A stretch of 64,000 nucleotides of DNA from an uncultured Pseudomonadales bacterium (GCA_964633875.1 CAZWKL010000006.1:19144-83143), one strand, 5' to 3'. Counted from the stretch's first letter, positions 9,747 through 19,858 are shown. Made by a program: numbers and translations. Notes: generated from the sequence alone by a model not told the origin.

Positions 9747-11615
9747 TTATTGGTGTATCATCAGCCCAATCTCTTTTAAAGAAGTAGCCTGATCCCATTT
9801 TTTGTCATCTCTGAACTTAATTAGCCTGGGAAAACGCAGCGCCACGCCGGCTGTATGCAAAGGAGATTTAGTGATTTCATCAGCGGCTATTTCCACCACT
9901 TGTTCAGGCGATACCCAAACGTCCGGTCGCAACTCTTTGGGAACTTGGTATTGAAAGGGCTTCTTGGTGGTTGCCAAATTATCCGCGCGGTTTTTCATTT
10001 CCCGGAACTGCTCATCGGTGAGACCGGTGCCAATTTTGGCAATGGTTTTGATTTCATTCTCATCATCCAGAGTGCCAACTAAAAACGCGCCAATTCCAAA
10101 GGCCGATCTTTTCCCTCTGCCAAAATAGTAACCCATCACTACCAAATCCAGCGTATCGGACAGCATGCCTGATGTACCCTCGGATTCTTTAATTTTAATC
10201 CAGCGCCAGCCCTTGCGACCACTTTGGTAATTGCCTGCGACTTTTTTTACCACCGCTCCTTCCAGTCCTTCGCTCAAAAATTGCTGGTGAAGCCGGCGTA
10301 CTTCTACCGGATCATCAGTTATTACCGCCGGAGTTGGCTGCAAAATCTCGTTTTTTTCAATCAGCTTTTCCAGCCTTTTTCGGCGCTGTTGCATCTCCTC
10401 ATCAATCAGCGGAGTGCTGTCTATTTTCAGCACATCAAAAACGTAAAATCTAATCGGCACAGTTTCCATAGCCGTATCGATATTATGTTTTCTTTTTCTG
10501 GTGATAGTTTGTTGGAATGGCAATAGTTTACCGCTTTTGGGATCATAACCAATCGCTTCGCCGTCAAGAATGCAGCGGTCGCAGTTGAGGTATTGACCAA
10601 TGCTTTCCAGTTCCGGAAACATGTGAGAAACATTTTCCAGATTTCTGGTAAAGGCTGTAATTTGGTCGGGAAGGGTGGTTTGATTGTCGGCATCTTGGCT
10701 GCCTCGGCCACGAATAAAATGTACTTGCACCCTCAAACCGTCATATTTAGGCTCAACTATGACTTGACCCATTTTGTCGATGATTTCTTGAGCGGAATTA
10801 AGCCGCTGAGTCAGCGCCGGCACTACCGGCACTCCGACTTCAACCGTGTATTGTTCCAGCAATTTTTTGGCGTCGGCTTCGGTTTGCAGTTCATCTTTAT
10901 GAGCCAGGTAAAATTTTGCCAATCCTCCGGCATCAGCGCGTTTTTGGTAGGCAGCTTCCAATAAATTCCGGTGATTTTTGCCACCAGTCACAGCCCACGA
11001 CAACGAATCCAAAATTGTCATCGTGGAAAACCCCAATCTCAACTTGCCTAAAATAATTCTCACTACGTATTTAGCGGCTACCGGCTCCAATTGGCTTAGT
11101 AACCCCACCAACTTAGCCACTTTTTGTTCTTGTGAGCCGGCGCCGGCATATTTAGCAATAACCGTCAACTCATCATAAACTTTTTGGAGGGACAAATTAT
11201 CGGTAATTGGTTTCGTTTGAGCAATCACATTATAAGCAGTAATTCCCAAATCTCCTTCTTTTTTGAACAATTCTGTTACTTTTTCTACGGCGCTGGTGGC
11301 TGCTTCTACTGTTTCTATTGTTTCCAAATTTCCTGCGTCGTCGCCAAACAAACCCTGATTGTTGTTTTCCACTTTTGCCAAATCTAATTCTTGCGGCCAC
11401 AAACGCGCTAAAGCTCTAATCACCATCTTGTTGGAAAGCTGAAACTCCAGCGACTGATATGACGGCACCAAGCTGCCTTGCATTAAGTAAGTAGCAATTT
11501 CTATTTCCGCGGTGGGAAGTTTTGAGTACAGTTCGGCCAATTTTTCGGTCATGATCAACCGAGAACTGACCTGCTCTAAATCTTCTAAATACTGGGCAAA
11601 AGTAAGGAATTGCAT
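9747..11615 (-). CDS. lig: ATP-dependent DNA ligase
   Basis: Motif I EPKYDGLRVQVH; ILDGEA, FDVL, EGAVVK, WIKIK, DLVVMG..GRGKR, KIGTGLTD, ALRFPR; N-terminal DNA-binding domain (GKLRLG). Confidence 0.93.
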   Translation of the reverse strand: MQFLTFAQYLEDLEQVSSRLIMTEKLAELYSKLPTAEIEIATYLMQGSLVPSYQSLEFQLSNKMVIRALARLWPQELDLAKVENNNQGLFGDDAGNLETIETVEAATSAVEKVTELFKKEGDLGITAYNVIAQTKPITDNLSLQKVYDELTVIAKYAGAGSQEQKVAKLVGLLSQLEPVAAKYVVRIILGKLRLGFSTMTILDSLSWAVTGGKNHRNLLEAAYQKRADAGGLAKFYLAHKDELQTEADAKKLLEQYTVEVGVPVVPALTQRLNSAQEIIDKMGQVIVEPKYDGLRVQVHFIRGRGSQDADNQTTLPDQITAFTRNLENVSHMFPELESIGQYLNCDRCILDGEAIGYDPKSGKLLPFQQTITRKRKHNIDTAMETVPIRFYVFDVLKIDSTPLIDEEMQQRRKRLEKLIEKNEILQPTPAVITDDPVEVRRLHQQFLSEGLEGAVVKKVAGNYQSGRKGWRWIKIKESEGTSGMLSDTLDLVVMGYYFGRGKRSAFGIGAFLVGTLDDENEIKTIAKIGTGLTDEQFREMKNRADNLATTKKPFQYQVPKELRPDVWVSPEQVVEIAADEITKSPLHTAGVALRFPRLIKFRDDKKWDQATSLKEIGLMIHQ

Positions 11616-11630
11616 GCTGCTAGTGTATCA

Positions 11631-12722
11631 CTATTCAAGCAGTGAATACGTAACACCCTTAGTCACTCCGCGTTTCTTAATCACCCCTTTTTGAATCAAG
11701 TCTTTGACATCCCGCAAGATTGTGTCCACCGAAATGTTGGGCAGTACCCGCTGCATGTCATCGGAGGTAGCCGACTGTTGTTGTTGAAACAACTCCAACA
11801 AAAGAATCTGCCGTTCAGACAGGGCCACCTGCTCTCCCAGCTGCTTTTTGAGCTTGAGGTCTTGGGAAAGTTTGAGCACCTGCTGTTTGACTTTGTCGAT
11901 CTCAATAGCCAGACCATAGCAAAAATACTCCAGCCAGTAGGTGAGGTCTTGCTCGGCGGTTTGCTGGGCGGAAAGCAGCGCTTGGTAGTAGGCGTCAACA
12001 TCGCTGTCGAAGTACTGTTCGATGGAAAAAAAGCGCTTGAAATCGTAGCCAAGCGTGTAGAGAAGGAGCGTAGCCATGGCCCGGGCGGTGCGGCCATTGC
12101 CCTCAATAAACGGGTGGATATAGACCAACTGGTAGTGGGCAATGGCCGCCCGCAACACCGGGTGGGCCAACTTAACTTCATCGCCATGCGCCCAAGCAAA
12201 AAAATCAGTAATCAAGTAAGGAATCTCCACCGAAACCGGCGGCCGAAAAACCACCCCGCCGCCAGTAGCGCTGCGGACAATCACCTGCTTCTCACGGTAA
12301 CTGCCCTGATACTCCGGGTCAACCAAGCCCTGCACCGTCAGTTTGTGAACGGTTTTGAGCGTGTCTTCCGTGAAAACCTTACCAAAGTCCGGATTTCTTT
12401 GCGCGTCAATCCAATTAATGACGCTGCGATAATTGATCACCTCCTGAATGTCGCGCTCACGAGCCATAATACCGGTACGCTTAACCACCTCGTGAGTATC
12501 GGTGGTGTCAGTCATCCGCACCACCTGCATGGCTTGAGCTTCAGTCAAGTCGTTGCCTTCAATTTTGGTGCCAAAGTGAACCGTTCTGTTGATAGCATCA
12601 TCCCGGAACTTGGCTTCCCAAGCAGGCACCAGCGGCGCGTTCTCAATCAGCGCCTTAGCCGACTCAATTTTGGTAATGTAGGTGAGTAGATTGTTGGTAA
12701 TTGAGTATTGCGGCTGATACAT
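11631..12722 (-). CDS. Fic family protein with C-terminal winged HTH
   Basis: Canonical HPFIEGNGRTAR Fic motif; TKIEGN inhibitory-like motif; C-terminal LSERQ..ISVDTILRDVKDLIQKGVI HTH. Confidence 0.92.
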   Translation of the reverse strand: MYQPQYSITNNLLTYITKIESAKALIENAPLVPAWEAKFRDDAINRTVHFGTKIEGNDLTEAQAMQVVRMTDTTDTHEVVKRTGIMARERDIQEVINYRSVINWIDAQRNPDFGKVFTEDTLKTVHKLTVQGLVDPEYQGSYREKQVIVRSATGGGVVFRPPVSVEIPYLITDFFAWAHGDEVKLAHPVLRAAIAHYQLVYIHPFIEGNGRTARAMATLLLYTLGYDFKRFFSIEQYFDSDVDAYYQALLSAQQTAEQDLTYWLEYFCYGLAIEIDKVKQQVLKLSQDLKLKKQLGEQVALSERQILLLELFQQQQSATSDDMQRVLPNISVDTILRDVKDLIQKGVIKKRGVTKGVTYSLLE

Positions 12723-12776
12723 ACTAATACTAAGTATAACGCTATTCTTGCAAAATTTGCAGGGATAATTAATAAT

Positions 12777-12805
12777 TTGACAGCAGGCAGTTTTTGGAAT
12801 ATACT
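12777..12805 (+). promoter_or_regulatory. sigma70-type promoter of the AbrB/MazE gene
   Basis: TTGACA (12777-12782), 17 bp spacer, TATACT (12800-12805); followed by a GAAAGTT direct repeat, a possible operator. Confidence 0.7.
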
Positions 12806-12828
12806 ACGAAAGTTGGAAAGTTAGAATT

Positions 12829-13014
12829 ATGGAAAATCAAACCATCATTAAAGTCCAGAACAAAGGCTTAATTACTCTGCCAAAAAATATCCGCCAAGAG
12901 CTTGGCATTGTTGAGCAAGCATATGTCCAGATCATTACTAAAAAGGGCAAAGCCATTATTGAACCTGTCAGCATTTTGCCCTATTCCGTTCGCTCTTACA
13001 CTGATAAGGATTAG
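12829..13014 (+). CDS. AbrB/MazE/SpoVT family DNA-binding (antitoxin-like) protein, possibly C-terminally truncated
   Basis: IKVQNKGLITLPKNIRQELGI...KAIIEPV swapped-hairpin signature. Confidence 0.8.
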   Translation: MENQTIIKVQNKGLITLPKNIRQELGIVEQAYVQIITKKGKAIIEPVSILPYSVRSYTDKD

Positions 13015-13094
13015 TGCTTGCCTTAGCGAGTTTGGTGAAAGAATTTGATATTATAAGTCCGGGAGGATTATTAAAGAAAGTGCGGGCAATTTGA
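13014..13094 (+). pseudogene. possible remnant of a PIN-domain toxin C-terminus
   Basis: Manual translation VLALASLVKEFDIISPGGLLKKVRAI* directly after the AbrB stop; resembles PIN-family C-terminal I(I/L)(S/T)P motif. Confidence 0.35.
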
Positions 13095-13110
13095 GCCTGA
13101 AGTTAAGTTT

Positions 13111-13437
13111 ATGTCAAAAATTCAAACACCAGAAAGAATCGGCGAATTGCCGCTTTCCGTAGTTAAAAATATGATCACTTTGGCCACCAGCGGTTTTGGT
13201 TTGGTGGTGGCTTTAGCCTGGAATGAGTTTATTAGAAACTTTGTCGACACCTACATCAACCCCTACTTGGGTAAAGAGGGCGGCACGGTTTCTCTGCTCA
13301 TTTATGCGGTAGTGATGACCTTGGTGGCGGTTTTGATTACTATGCAACTTACCGGCGTGCAGAGAAAGCTCGAACGGCTCAACGAAGTGGTGGGCGAAAC
13401 TGCCAAACCCAAGAAAAGTCAGAAAAAGACGCTTTAA
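13111..13437 (+). CDS. DUF5654-like small membrane protein
   Basis: MITLATSGFGLVVALAWNE..SLLIYAVVMTLVAV, two TM segments. Confidence 0.75.
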   Translation: MSKIQTPERIGELPLSVVKNMITLATSGFGLVVALAWNEFIRNFVDTYINPYLGKEGGTVSLLIYAVVMTLVAVLITMQLTGVQRKLERLNEVVGETAKPKKSQKKTL

Positions 13438-13441
13438 TTTC

Positions 13442-14410
13442 ATGTCAAGATCAAAAGTTGAAGTCGAAACTGCGCCAGTGGGCAAGTTTGAATACGCGGC
13501 TTTATTCGCACGGGCTTTGATGGCTCTACCCCGACTGCTGGCAGAACAAAAGTTGCCGCCCAAACTGCACCGGCCTTTTCAAACCCTGCCGGAGTTGCGG
13601 CAGGTGTTGATTCAAGAGGAAGCGGCGGTGCGGTCGATTTATGAATCTCTCAAGGAAAAGAAAATCGCCCTGGCGGGTTTGGAGCATTTTCCGGCATTGG
13701 CGGAGCATTTGCAAAACGGCGGCAAATTGTTTTTCCTCGGACCCCACTGGAGCGTGGTAGACATTATGGCGTTTGAGCTGGCGTTGGAACAGTTACGGGC
13801 GGTTAACCCGGAACAGCAGGAAGTCATTAACTTCTACGTGCCCACTTCTTCCAAGTTTTATGATGCTCGTCTGGGTACTTTGGGCGCTTTACTTAATTTA
13901 TTTGCTATTTCCCCCTTACCGGTGATTCAACCCGGAGACAAAAATTTTACCGAAAAAGAGGCCAGTGACAGAAACATGCAAACTTATCGGCAAATTATTA
14001 CTGCTCTCAAAAATCCCGGGCAAGCGGTGGGTTTTTTTCCTCAAACTACTCGTAATATTGGTCAGGCCACCACGCAGAAAGCTTACGAAGAAACGATGGC
14101 GATTATTAGGGGTAAATGGCGGGATGAAAATACGCTGGTGGTGCCTTTCGCGGTTCATGGCGCTTATGAAGTGGCCGGTAAGGGCAGAATTCCGGATTTG
14201 CGCCATCATTTGACTATTCAGTACTGCCCGCCCATCACTTATCCGCGGCTTGAGCAGCTTGCGGCTGAGTTGGGGGTGGGTCACGCAGAGGTGCCGGTGA
14301 TTATTGGTTTGGCTACCATGCCGCGGCAGTATTGGGGCATTTATGAGGAGGCGGTGGAGGGATATTTGCAGTTACAACAGTTTGTCAGCGGGGCAGGTGG
14401 GAAAAAATAG
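13442..14410 (+). CDS. PlsC/lysophospholipid acyltransferase family protein
   Basis: HWSVVD (HxxxxD catalytic motif), FFPQTTR (FPEGTR-like), VVPFAVHG, IQYCPPI. Confidence 0.65.
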   Translation: MSRSKVEVETAPVGKFEYAALFARALMALPRLLAEQKLPPKLHRPFQTLPELRQVLIQEEAAVRSIYESLKEKKIALAGLEHFPALAEHLQNGGKLFFLGPHWSVVDIMAFELALEQLRAVNPEQQEVINFYVPTSSKFYDARLGTLGALLNLFAISPLPVIQPGDKNFTEKEASDRNMQTYRQIITALKNPGQAVGFFPQTTRNIGQATTQKAYEETMAIIRGKWRDENTLVVPFAVHGAYEVAGKGRIPDLRHHLTIQYCPPITYPRLEQLAAELGVGHAEVPVIIGLATMPRQYWGIYEEAVEGYLQLQQFVSGAGGKK

Positions 14411-14417
14411 GGCAAGT

Positions 14418-15515
14418 TTATTTAAATTCCTCCAGAACAGAGCCAACAAAACGGAAAATTTTGCTATCCGTGGTTTGGGCAGCAATCTCCAACGCCACTT
14501 TTTCATCAATGGTAGTCACCAGTGACTGATAATCTTGGACCGCGGCCAGAGCCAGCTTTTTGCTATCTTTATCTAGTTCGGAAAGAATGTCGTCGAGTAG
14601 CAGCAGCGGTTTGTCGTTCAAAACAGCGGCGGCGTATTGGAGTTCGCAGAACTTCAGCCACAACACCGCCAGGCGCTGCTGGCCGCGCGAGCCGTAGGTA
14701 GCAATATCGCGATACTCACCTTCCATCGAAATGGTAATGTAGAAGTCATCTTTGTGCGGGCCGATGAGGGTGTGGCCAGCGGCAATTTCGCGGTTGGCGT
14801 ACTGGACCAAGCGTTCCGAGGAAATTACCGAAGGTTGATACTCGATGAGAAAGTTGACCGGAAATTTCACCTGGCGGAACTCTTGCAGTAGATCGCGCCG
14901 GTGTTGCTGCATCACTTGGCCGTGTTTGAGCAGGGAAAGATTCCAGTATTCCAGAGTGGTTTTGGGCTGTTCGCCGTCGCGAATTTGAGCGAGGAGTTTG
15001 TTGCGGCGCCGCAGCACTTTTTCATACTCGCCGGCGGCTCTTGAGTACTCCTGATGTAAAGCAGCCAGCGGCGTGTCCAAAAAGCTGCGGCGCCTCCCCG
15101 GAGAACCCTCCACCAGCCGCATATCCTCCGGCCGAAAGACCACGGAATAAAACTTGCCCACGACGTCCTTTTGCCGTCGCCGAATATTATTAACCGAAAA
15201 CAGCCGCTTAGCCGTTTTTTTGCCCTGCACTTCGCCATGCGTCAAGACCGCTTCAATTTCATCAGTACCTGACTCACTATCAGCCAAATCGGCCACCACC
15301 ACTTTAATTCTCCCCAACTCCTCATCAAAACTAATGATCTCCTCAATCTTGCCGGCCCGAAAACTTTCGCCTGTAGCAATCAGCGCCAGCGCCTCCACAA
15401 TCGTGGTCTTACCGCTGGCGTTCGGACCCAAAATAACCGTAGTTTGTTGTGGCAGCTTCAGCGTCAAAGAAGCAATTTTGCGAATATTCTGCAGCGAAAC
15501 ACCATTAATTTTCAT
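14418..15515 (-). CDS. recF: DNA replication and repair protein RecF
   Basis: GPNASGKTTIVEAL, GSPGRRRSFLD, GPHKDD, GSRGQQR, LLLDDILSELD; likely start ATG 15515. Confidence 0.93.
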   Translation of the reverse strand: MKINGVSLQNIRKIASLTLKLPQQTTVILGPNASGKTTIVEALALIATGESFRAGKIEEIISFDEELGRIKVVVADLADSESGTDEIEAVLTHGEVQGKKTAKRLFSVNNIRRRQKDVVGKFYSVVFRPEDMRLVEGSPGRRRSFLDTPLAALHQEYSRAAGEYEKVLRRRNKLLAQIRDGEQPKTTLEYWNLSLLKHGQVMQQHRRDLLQEFRQVKFPVNFLIEYQPSVISSERLVQYANREIAAGHTLIGPHKDDFYITISMEGEYRDIATYGSRGQQRLAVLWLKFCELQYAAAVLNDKPLLLLDDILSELDKDSKKLALAAVQDYQSLVTTIDEKVALEIAAQTTDSKIFRFVGSVLEEFK

Positions 15516-15575
15516 GCTGTGAGTATTGTATGCCACCAGGTGAAAATAACCAAATCAGTTCTGGCCAGCAAAAAC

Positions 15576-17291
15576 TTACTTCTTTTCGATGTTGAAAAAA
15601 GCAAAGCTGCTCTGGGGAATGCGAAGGTTGCCGGGTGCCCTTAAATTAAAAGCTTTCTTAAATTCCGCTCCGCTCATGCTAATGCCGTTGATCGTGACTG
15701 TGCTAGTTGAACCATTGCTCTGCTTGACTGAAACGCTAGTGGCTGAAGAAATCCCACCATGTTTTTTGGCCACTTCACGAAGTTCGCTGTGGCTGTAGGG
15801 ATCGCCACCCCAGCAAGAAGTCGTCACTGGTGAAATCCGCTTAGCTTCATTCGATGAGCCTTTCTTGAGTACCAAGTGAGCATTGACAATATCAGCCATT
15901 TCTTCGGGACTGAGCCAGGGGTTAGAGCGGCCGCAAGTGCTGCCGCTACTGCTGTAGCCCTCACGCCACCAGGCTTTATACAGCCACGGTGAGCCACCGA
16001 TTTTGTCATAGGCTTTGTCGATAAAATTACTGCCGCCACTGCCATCAGTAGTATCCCAACCAATTGGCGAAGCATAACCACCGTGCGTGGAAGCATAGTA
16101 AGTAACCACATCTTCAAGTATTTTGCCCTTAGTATCTTTAACCGCCTGCTTCCAGGCTTCCGGCGGATTGTCTGATTTGGACTTGTTAAACACCTGGCAA
16201 GCTTCGGTAGTGCAAATTTCCTTGCCGTCTTTTTTATAACGGTAAGCATAGGTGCGAGCAGCCACTGCCTGGGCTTTGAGCGCTTCTTTGTCCCAACTCG
16301 AAGGCATTTCGGCAATGCCATAAAGATAATCGGTTTCAAAATCCATGCTGCCGTGACCTGCCACCTTAATGCTGCCGCCCGTATCCTTTTCTACCGGCTC
16401 TTTGCCGTAATAAGCCTTAAGAATTTGCTTGTAATCCTGGCCACTCTTGGCCCGACCGCGAGCGCCATACTGACTCATGCCCTTACGGTGAGTGTAACCG
16501 CCAAAAGAAAAGACTGCAAAGTGACCTCCCGGCGCCGACTCACGAAAGCCCTTGATCGAGGCGTAATAGTCATCGGCCAGTTCACTGTTACCAATCGAGG
16601 CAGTAAACCCACCACTCCTGGCATTAATAATCTCCTGCTGTCTGGCGGAAAGTTCAGCAATCTGGCCGGAAAGCACCTGCTGATAATCTTGAGCTTTAGC
16701 TATCTCACCCTTGAAAAAATCCGCCTGCTCATCAAGTTGCTTTTCCAGACTGGCCAGAGTGATTTGATTCTCTTCCAGCCTGGCCTTGTCGGCTTCCAGT
16801 TGGGCAATGTCGGCCCCAAGCGCCTGAATTAGTTTGTTGTCTTGAGCTTTGGCGGAATTCCGGTAGGCCAAGTCTTTAGTCAACTCCTTGGCGTCATCGC
16901 TGGAAAAAATCAGCAACAGCGGTGAAAAAATGCGCAAACGCTTGTACTGCACCGCGATTCGCTTGGAAAGTACCTGGTATTGATAAGTCATGTCGGCTTC
17001 CCGCTGAGTGATTTCCTCAGCCAACTGGGCGCTCTCGGCCCTGGCACTGGCAATGCCTGCCCGGGCGTTGGCAATCCGCTGCTCCAGGGTTTTTACTTCC
17101 TGCTCCAGCGGGGTAGTGGCCGCCTCAGACAAACTCTTGAGGTGGGCCAGATCGTCAATTTGCTTTTGCAGTTCCTTGACTTGGTCGGCTTGGGCAATAC
17201 CACTAGAAAATAAAAGCGCGCCACTAACCGCAAAGACCATCAGCAGAAGGCTGAGAAATATCAAGAGCTGCTTTTTTTTCAAGATATACAT
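15576..17291 (-). CDS. SpoIID/LytB domain protein with N-terminal signal and coiled coil (peptidoglycan lytic transglycosylase-like)
   Basis: HRKGMSQYGA..YKQILKAYY, YLYGIAEMPSSW..EALKAQAVAARTYA, CTTEACQVF; long coiled coil. Confidence 0.85.
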   Translation of the reverse strand: MYILKKKQLLIFLSLLLMVFAVSGALLFSSGIAQADQVKELQKQIDDLAHLKSLSEAATTPLEQEVKTLEQRIANARAGIASARAESAQLAEEITQREADMTYQYQVLSKRIAVQYKRLRIFSPLLLIFSSDDAKELTKDLAYRNSAKAQDNKLIQALGADIAQLEADKARLEENQITLASLEKQLDEQADFFKGEIAKAQDYQQVLSGQIAELSARQQEIINARSGGFTASIGNSELADDYYASIKGFRESAPGGHFAVFSFGGYTHRKGMSQYGARGRAKSGQDYKQILKAYYGKEPVEKDTGGSIKVAGHGSMDFETDYLYGIAEMPSSWDKEALKAQAVAARTYAYRYKKDGKEICTTEACQVFNKSKSDNPPEAWKQAVKDTKGKILEDVVTYYASTHGGYASPIGWDTTDGSGGSNFIDKAYDKIGGSPWLYKAWWREGYSSSGSTCGRSNPWLSPEEMADIVNAHLVLKKGSSNEAKRISPVTTSCWGGDPYSHSELREVAKKHGGISSATSVSVKQSNGSTSTVTINGISMSGAEFKKAFNLRAPGNLRIPQSSFAFFNIEKK

Positions 17292-17367
17292 AAATTTTGT
17301 TCTGGGCTATAATGACTTTCGCCTGCAAGCTTTGCCGAACCCAAGTATTTAGTTTACAATAAAACCA

Positions 17368-18561
17368 ATGTTTCAGAGGCGCGCCTTGCTACTAATTATC
17401 TTTATCATAGCACTTGCTGTCAGCATTGTGACACCCCCTGGTGTGCATGCGGCAGACAGCTGTGAAGACTTTGGTGTGTCAGCCGTGGTGGGTCTGGGGG
17501 GAGTATATCAACTGAACCAAATAAATTCTTTGGAGGTGTCCCTAAATGTTACTGAGCCAAATGAATATTATCTTAATATTTTTAGAGGTATACATTGGAG
17601 AGTGATTGAAACAGAAACAAAACTTCCTGATAGCTCAGGTAGATTATCTTTCTTAATTACTGATCCAAGAGCATTTAATCCTGTTGGTCAGGATTGGCTT
17701 TTTACCAAAACTGCAACGTATCATGTTACTCTTAAAAGGTCAGCAGACGCAAACGCTGTCTGCAAGCTTGGAACATACAAAATTGTTTCTGAAAGAAGCT
17801 GTGAAAATATTCTTATCTACACCGAAAGAGGGGGTCAAATGTGCTATGGTGGAGCGGGCACTCAGGGCTGTTTGGCAAAAGATGATGCATTAAAGATACA
17901 AGTAGTGGGAGTAAGAGATGGAATAGATTACTACCAAGATAGAGTAGATATACAAGTAAATGGAACTGGTGCGCCAGGCAATAAAAATAATATTCCACTT
18001 GATTCTTCTGGTAGCACGCAGGTGATCGAATATGGATCGCTAAGGGCTGGTCATTACAGAGTTGTTGTAGAAAAAGCCAGTATTCTGAATGGGTTAGATT
18101 TTTGTACAAAAGACTTTGTAATTAATGACAAGTGTACTGTCTGCCAAGAACAAGCCCCAGATCCTACCATACCGGGAGAAGGACCAGATGAGGTTGCTTT
18201 TCAACTCTGCCGGCAATTACCGGAAGGATCAGATGCATACAACAACTGTATTGAGTGCGCTGAAGGAGAAGAGGGTCAAGAGGGTGTCTGGACTGCAGTG
18301 GGCTGTATTAAAAGAGAGCCGGAATCAATTCTAGCTGAACTGCTAAGTATCGGCCTGACCACAGGTGGTGGAATAGCACTCTTAATGATTCTTGGAGCTG
18401 GTTTTATCTTCAGCACTTCTGCCGGTGATCCCAAGCGTGTTGATCAAGCAAAAGAACTAATAACCAGCGCCGTGATTGGTTTGATTTTTATAATTTTTTC
18501 AATCGCGATGCTTGAATTTATAGGCTTTACAGTACTAAAAATACCTGGTTTTGGAGGTTGA
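17368..18561 (+). CDS. secreted Cys-rich protein with C-terminal VirB2/TrbC-like pilin module
   Basis: Signal peptide; C-terminal WTAVGCI..GGGIALLMILGAGF..SAGDPKRVDQAKELITSAVIGLIFII. Confidence 0.75.
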   Translation: MFQRRALLLIIFIIALAVSIVTPPGVHAADSCEDFGVSAVVGLGGVYQLNQINSLEVSLNVTEPNEYYLNIFRGIHWRVIETETKLPDSSGRLSFLITDPRAFNPVGQDWLFTKTATYHVTLKRSADANAVCKLGTYKIVSERSCENILIYTERGGQMCYGGAGTQGCLAKDDALKIQVVGVRDGIDYYQDRVDIQVNGTGAPGNKNNIPLDSSGSTQVIEYGSLRAGHYRVVVEKASILNGLDFCTKDFVINDKCTVCQEQAPDPTIPGEGPDEVAFQLCRQLPEGSDAYNNCIECAEGEEGQEGVWTAVGCIKREPESILAELLSIGLTTGGGIALLMILGAGFIFSTSAGDPKRVDQAKELITSAVIGLIFIIFSIAMLEFIGFTVLKIPGFGG

Positions 18562-18566
18562 AACCT

Positions 18567-19133
18567 ATGAAATCTTATTTCAAATATTTTTTCATATTTT
18601 CAGTTCTGACAGCAATTGTGCTGTTCAAATCTCCTGATGTGTTAGCTGAATGTGGATATGGTGTTACAACAGCAACAGGAGATGCGTGTGATCTTCAAAA
18701 CGGCCAAACAAAAAGCTCCGGTTATTTTTACTGTGATGCCGACATGACTCTCTGTTGCACAAAAGCCAGTGAATGTCCGGCAGGTTCTGACCCAATGCCT
18801 GTCAGCCTTAGTCCATATCAAGGCCCCACAACAGAATTTTTCAACGCACTCAACCCTTTATACACTCATGGCAACCAAGAAAGCGCCACCCTCACCACTC
18901 CCGGGGCAGTGGTATCACGTGTCTTGCGTTACGCCCTGCCAATAGCCGGTATGATCCTCTTCGTCATGCTCTTGTGGGGAGGTTTTGAGATCCTGGTTGG
19001 TTCGGCTGGCAAGAAATCCCTGGATGCCGGCAAGCAAAGAATTACCGCCGCTTTTGTTGGCTTCATCCTACTGTTCGTTTCCTACTGGATTATGCAAATT
19101 CTTGAAATTATTTTTGGAATTTCCATCGTTTAG
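18567..19133 (+). CDS. VirB2/TrbC-like pilin with Cys-rich N-terminal extension
   Basis: IAGMILFVMLLWGGFEIL..LDAGKQRITAAFVGFILL two-TM pilin module; N-terminal cysteines. Confidence 0.75.
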   Translation: MKSYFKYFFIFSVLTAIVLFKSPDVLAECGYGVTTATGDACDLQNGQTKSSGYFYCDADMTLCCTKASECPAGSDPMPVSLSPYQGPTTEFFNALNPLYTHGNQESATLTTPGAVVSRVLRYALPIAGMILFVMLLWGGFEILVGSAGKKSLDAGKQRITAAFVGFILLFVSYWIMQILEIIFGISIV

Positions 19134-19849
19134 TTGCCGCCAAACCGGCGGTTCCGGTGCTGAAATTCTTCCACCAACTCTCCCAATCTTTCAGGCGTAA
19201 AGTCCGGAAAACTAAATTCCGGAAAAAAATACTCGGCGTACTCACTTTGCCAGGACATAAAACCGGAAAGTCTGAATTCGCCGCTGGTTCTGATAATCAT
19301 ATCCGGACGAGGCAGGCCGGCGGTATCCAAATGCTGCTCAATCACTTGCTGGTTAATTTCGTCCGCCCCCACTTCTCCGGCAGACACCTTCTGCGCAATT
19401 TTAGTCATGGCCCGCACCAATTCGTCATGACCGCCATAATTCATGGCCAACGTCACTGTCAGAGTTTTGTTGTTTTTGGTTTCCTCTTCGCCTTTGGCAA
19501 TTCTTTCCTGAATATCCGGAGCCAAACCGGAGCGGTTACCAATCACCCTCACGCGAATATCTTTTTCGCCTAGTTTTTTAATCTTGTGATCAAACATGTA
19601 TCTGAATAAATTCATCAGCCACTCAATTTCTTCTTTGTCGCGATCCCAGTTTTCCGTGCTGAAAATCCAAAAAGTTATGTAGGGAATATTGAGATCAACG
19701 GCGGCATCAACCAATTTTTCAAAAGTTTCCTTAACTGCGAAATCGTGCCCTTTGAAAACCGGCAAGCCTTTGCCGCGCGCCCAACGGCGGTTACCATCGC
19801 AAATAATGGCTATATGTTGGGGATAATTATCTTTTTTTGTTTTTTTCAT
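19130..19849 (-). CDS. uppS: undecaprenyl/polyprenyl diphosphate synthase (cis-prenyltransferase)
   Basis: HIAIICDGNRRWA, FSTENWDR, NYGGHDE, IIRTSGEFRLSGFMSWQ, RRFGG. Confidence 0.95.
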   Translation of the reverse strand: MKKTKKDNYPQHIAIICDGNRRWARGKGLPVFKGHDFAVKETFEKLVDAAVDLNIPYITFWIFSTENWDRDKEEIEWLMNLFRYMFDHKIKKLGEKDIRVRVIGNRSGLAPDIQERIAKGEEETKNNKTLTVTLAMNYGGHDELVRAMTKIAQKVSAGEVGADEINQQVIEQHLDTAGLPRPDMIIRTSGEFRLSGFMSWQSEYAEYFFPEFSFPDFTPERLGELVEEFQHRNRRFGGN

Positions 19850-19858
19850 TTTAACCTT

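Noticed and set aside
11691-12689. 332-aa plus-strand ORF
   Set aside because: Exact antisense shadow of the Fic gene; no recognisable motif; explained by codon bias
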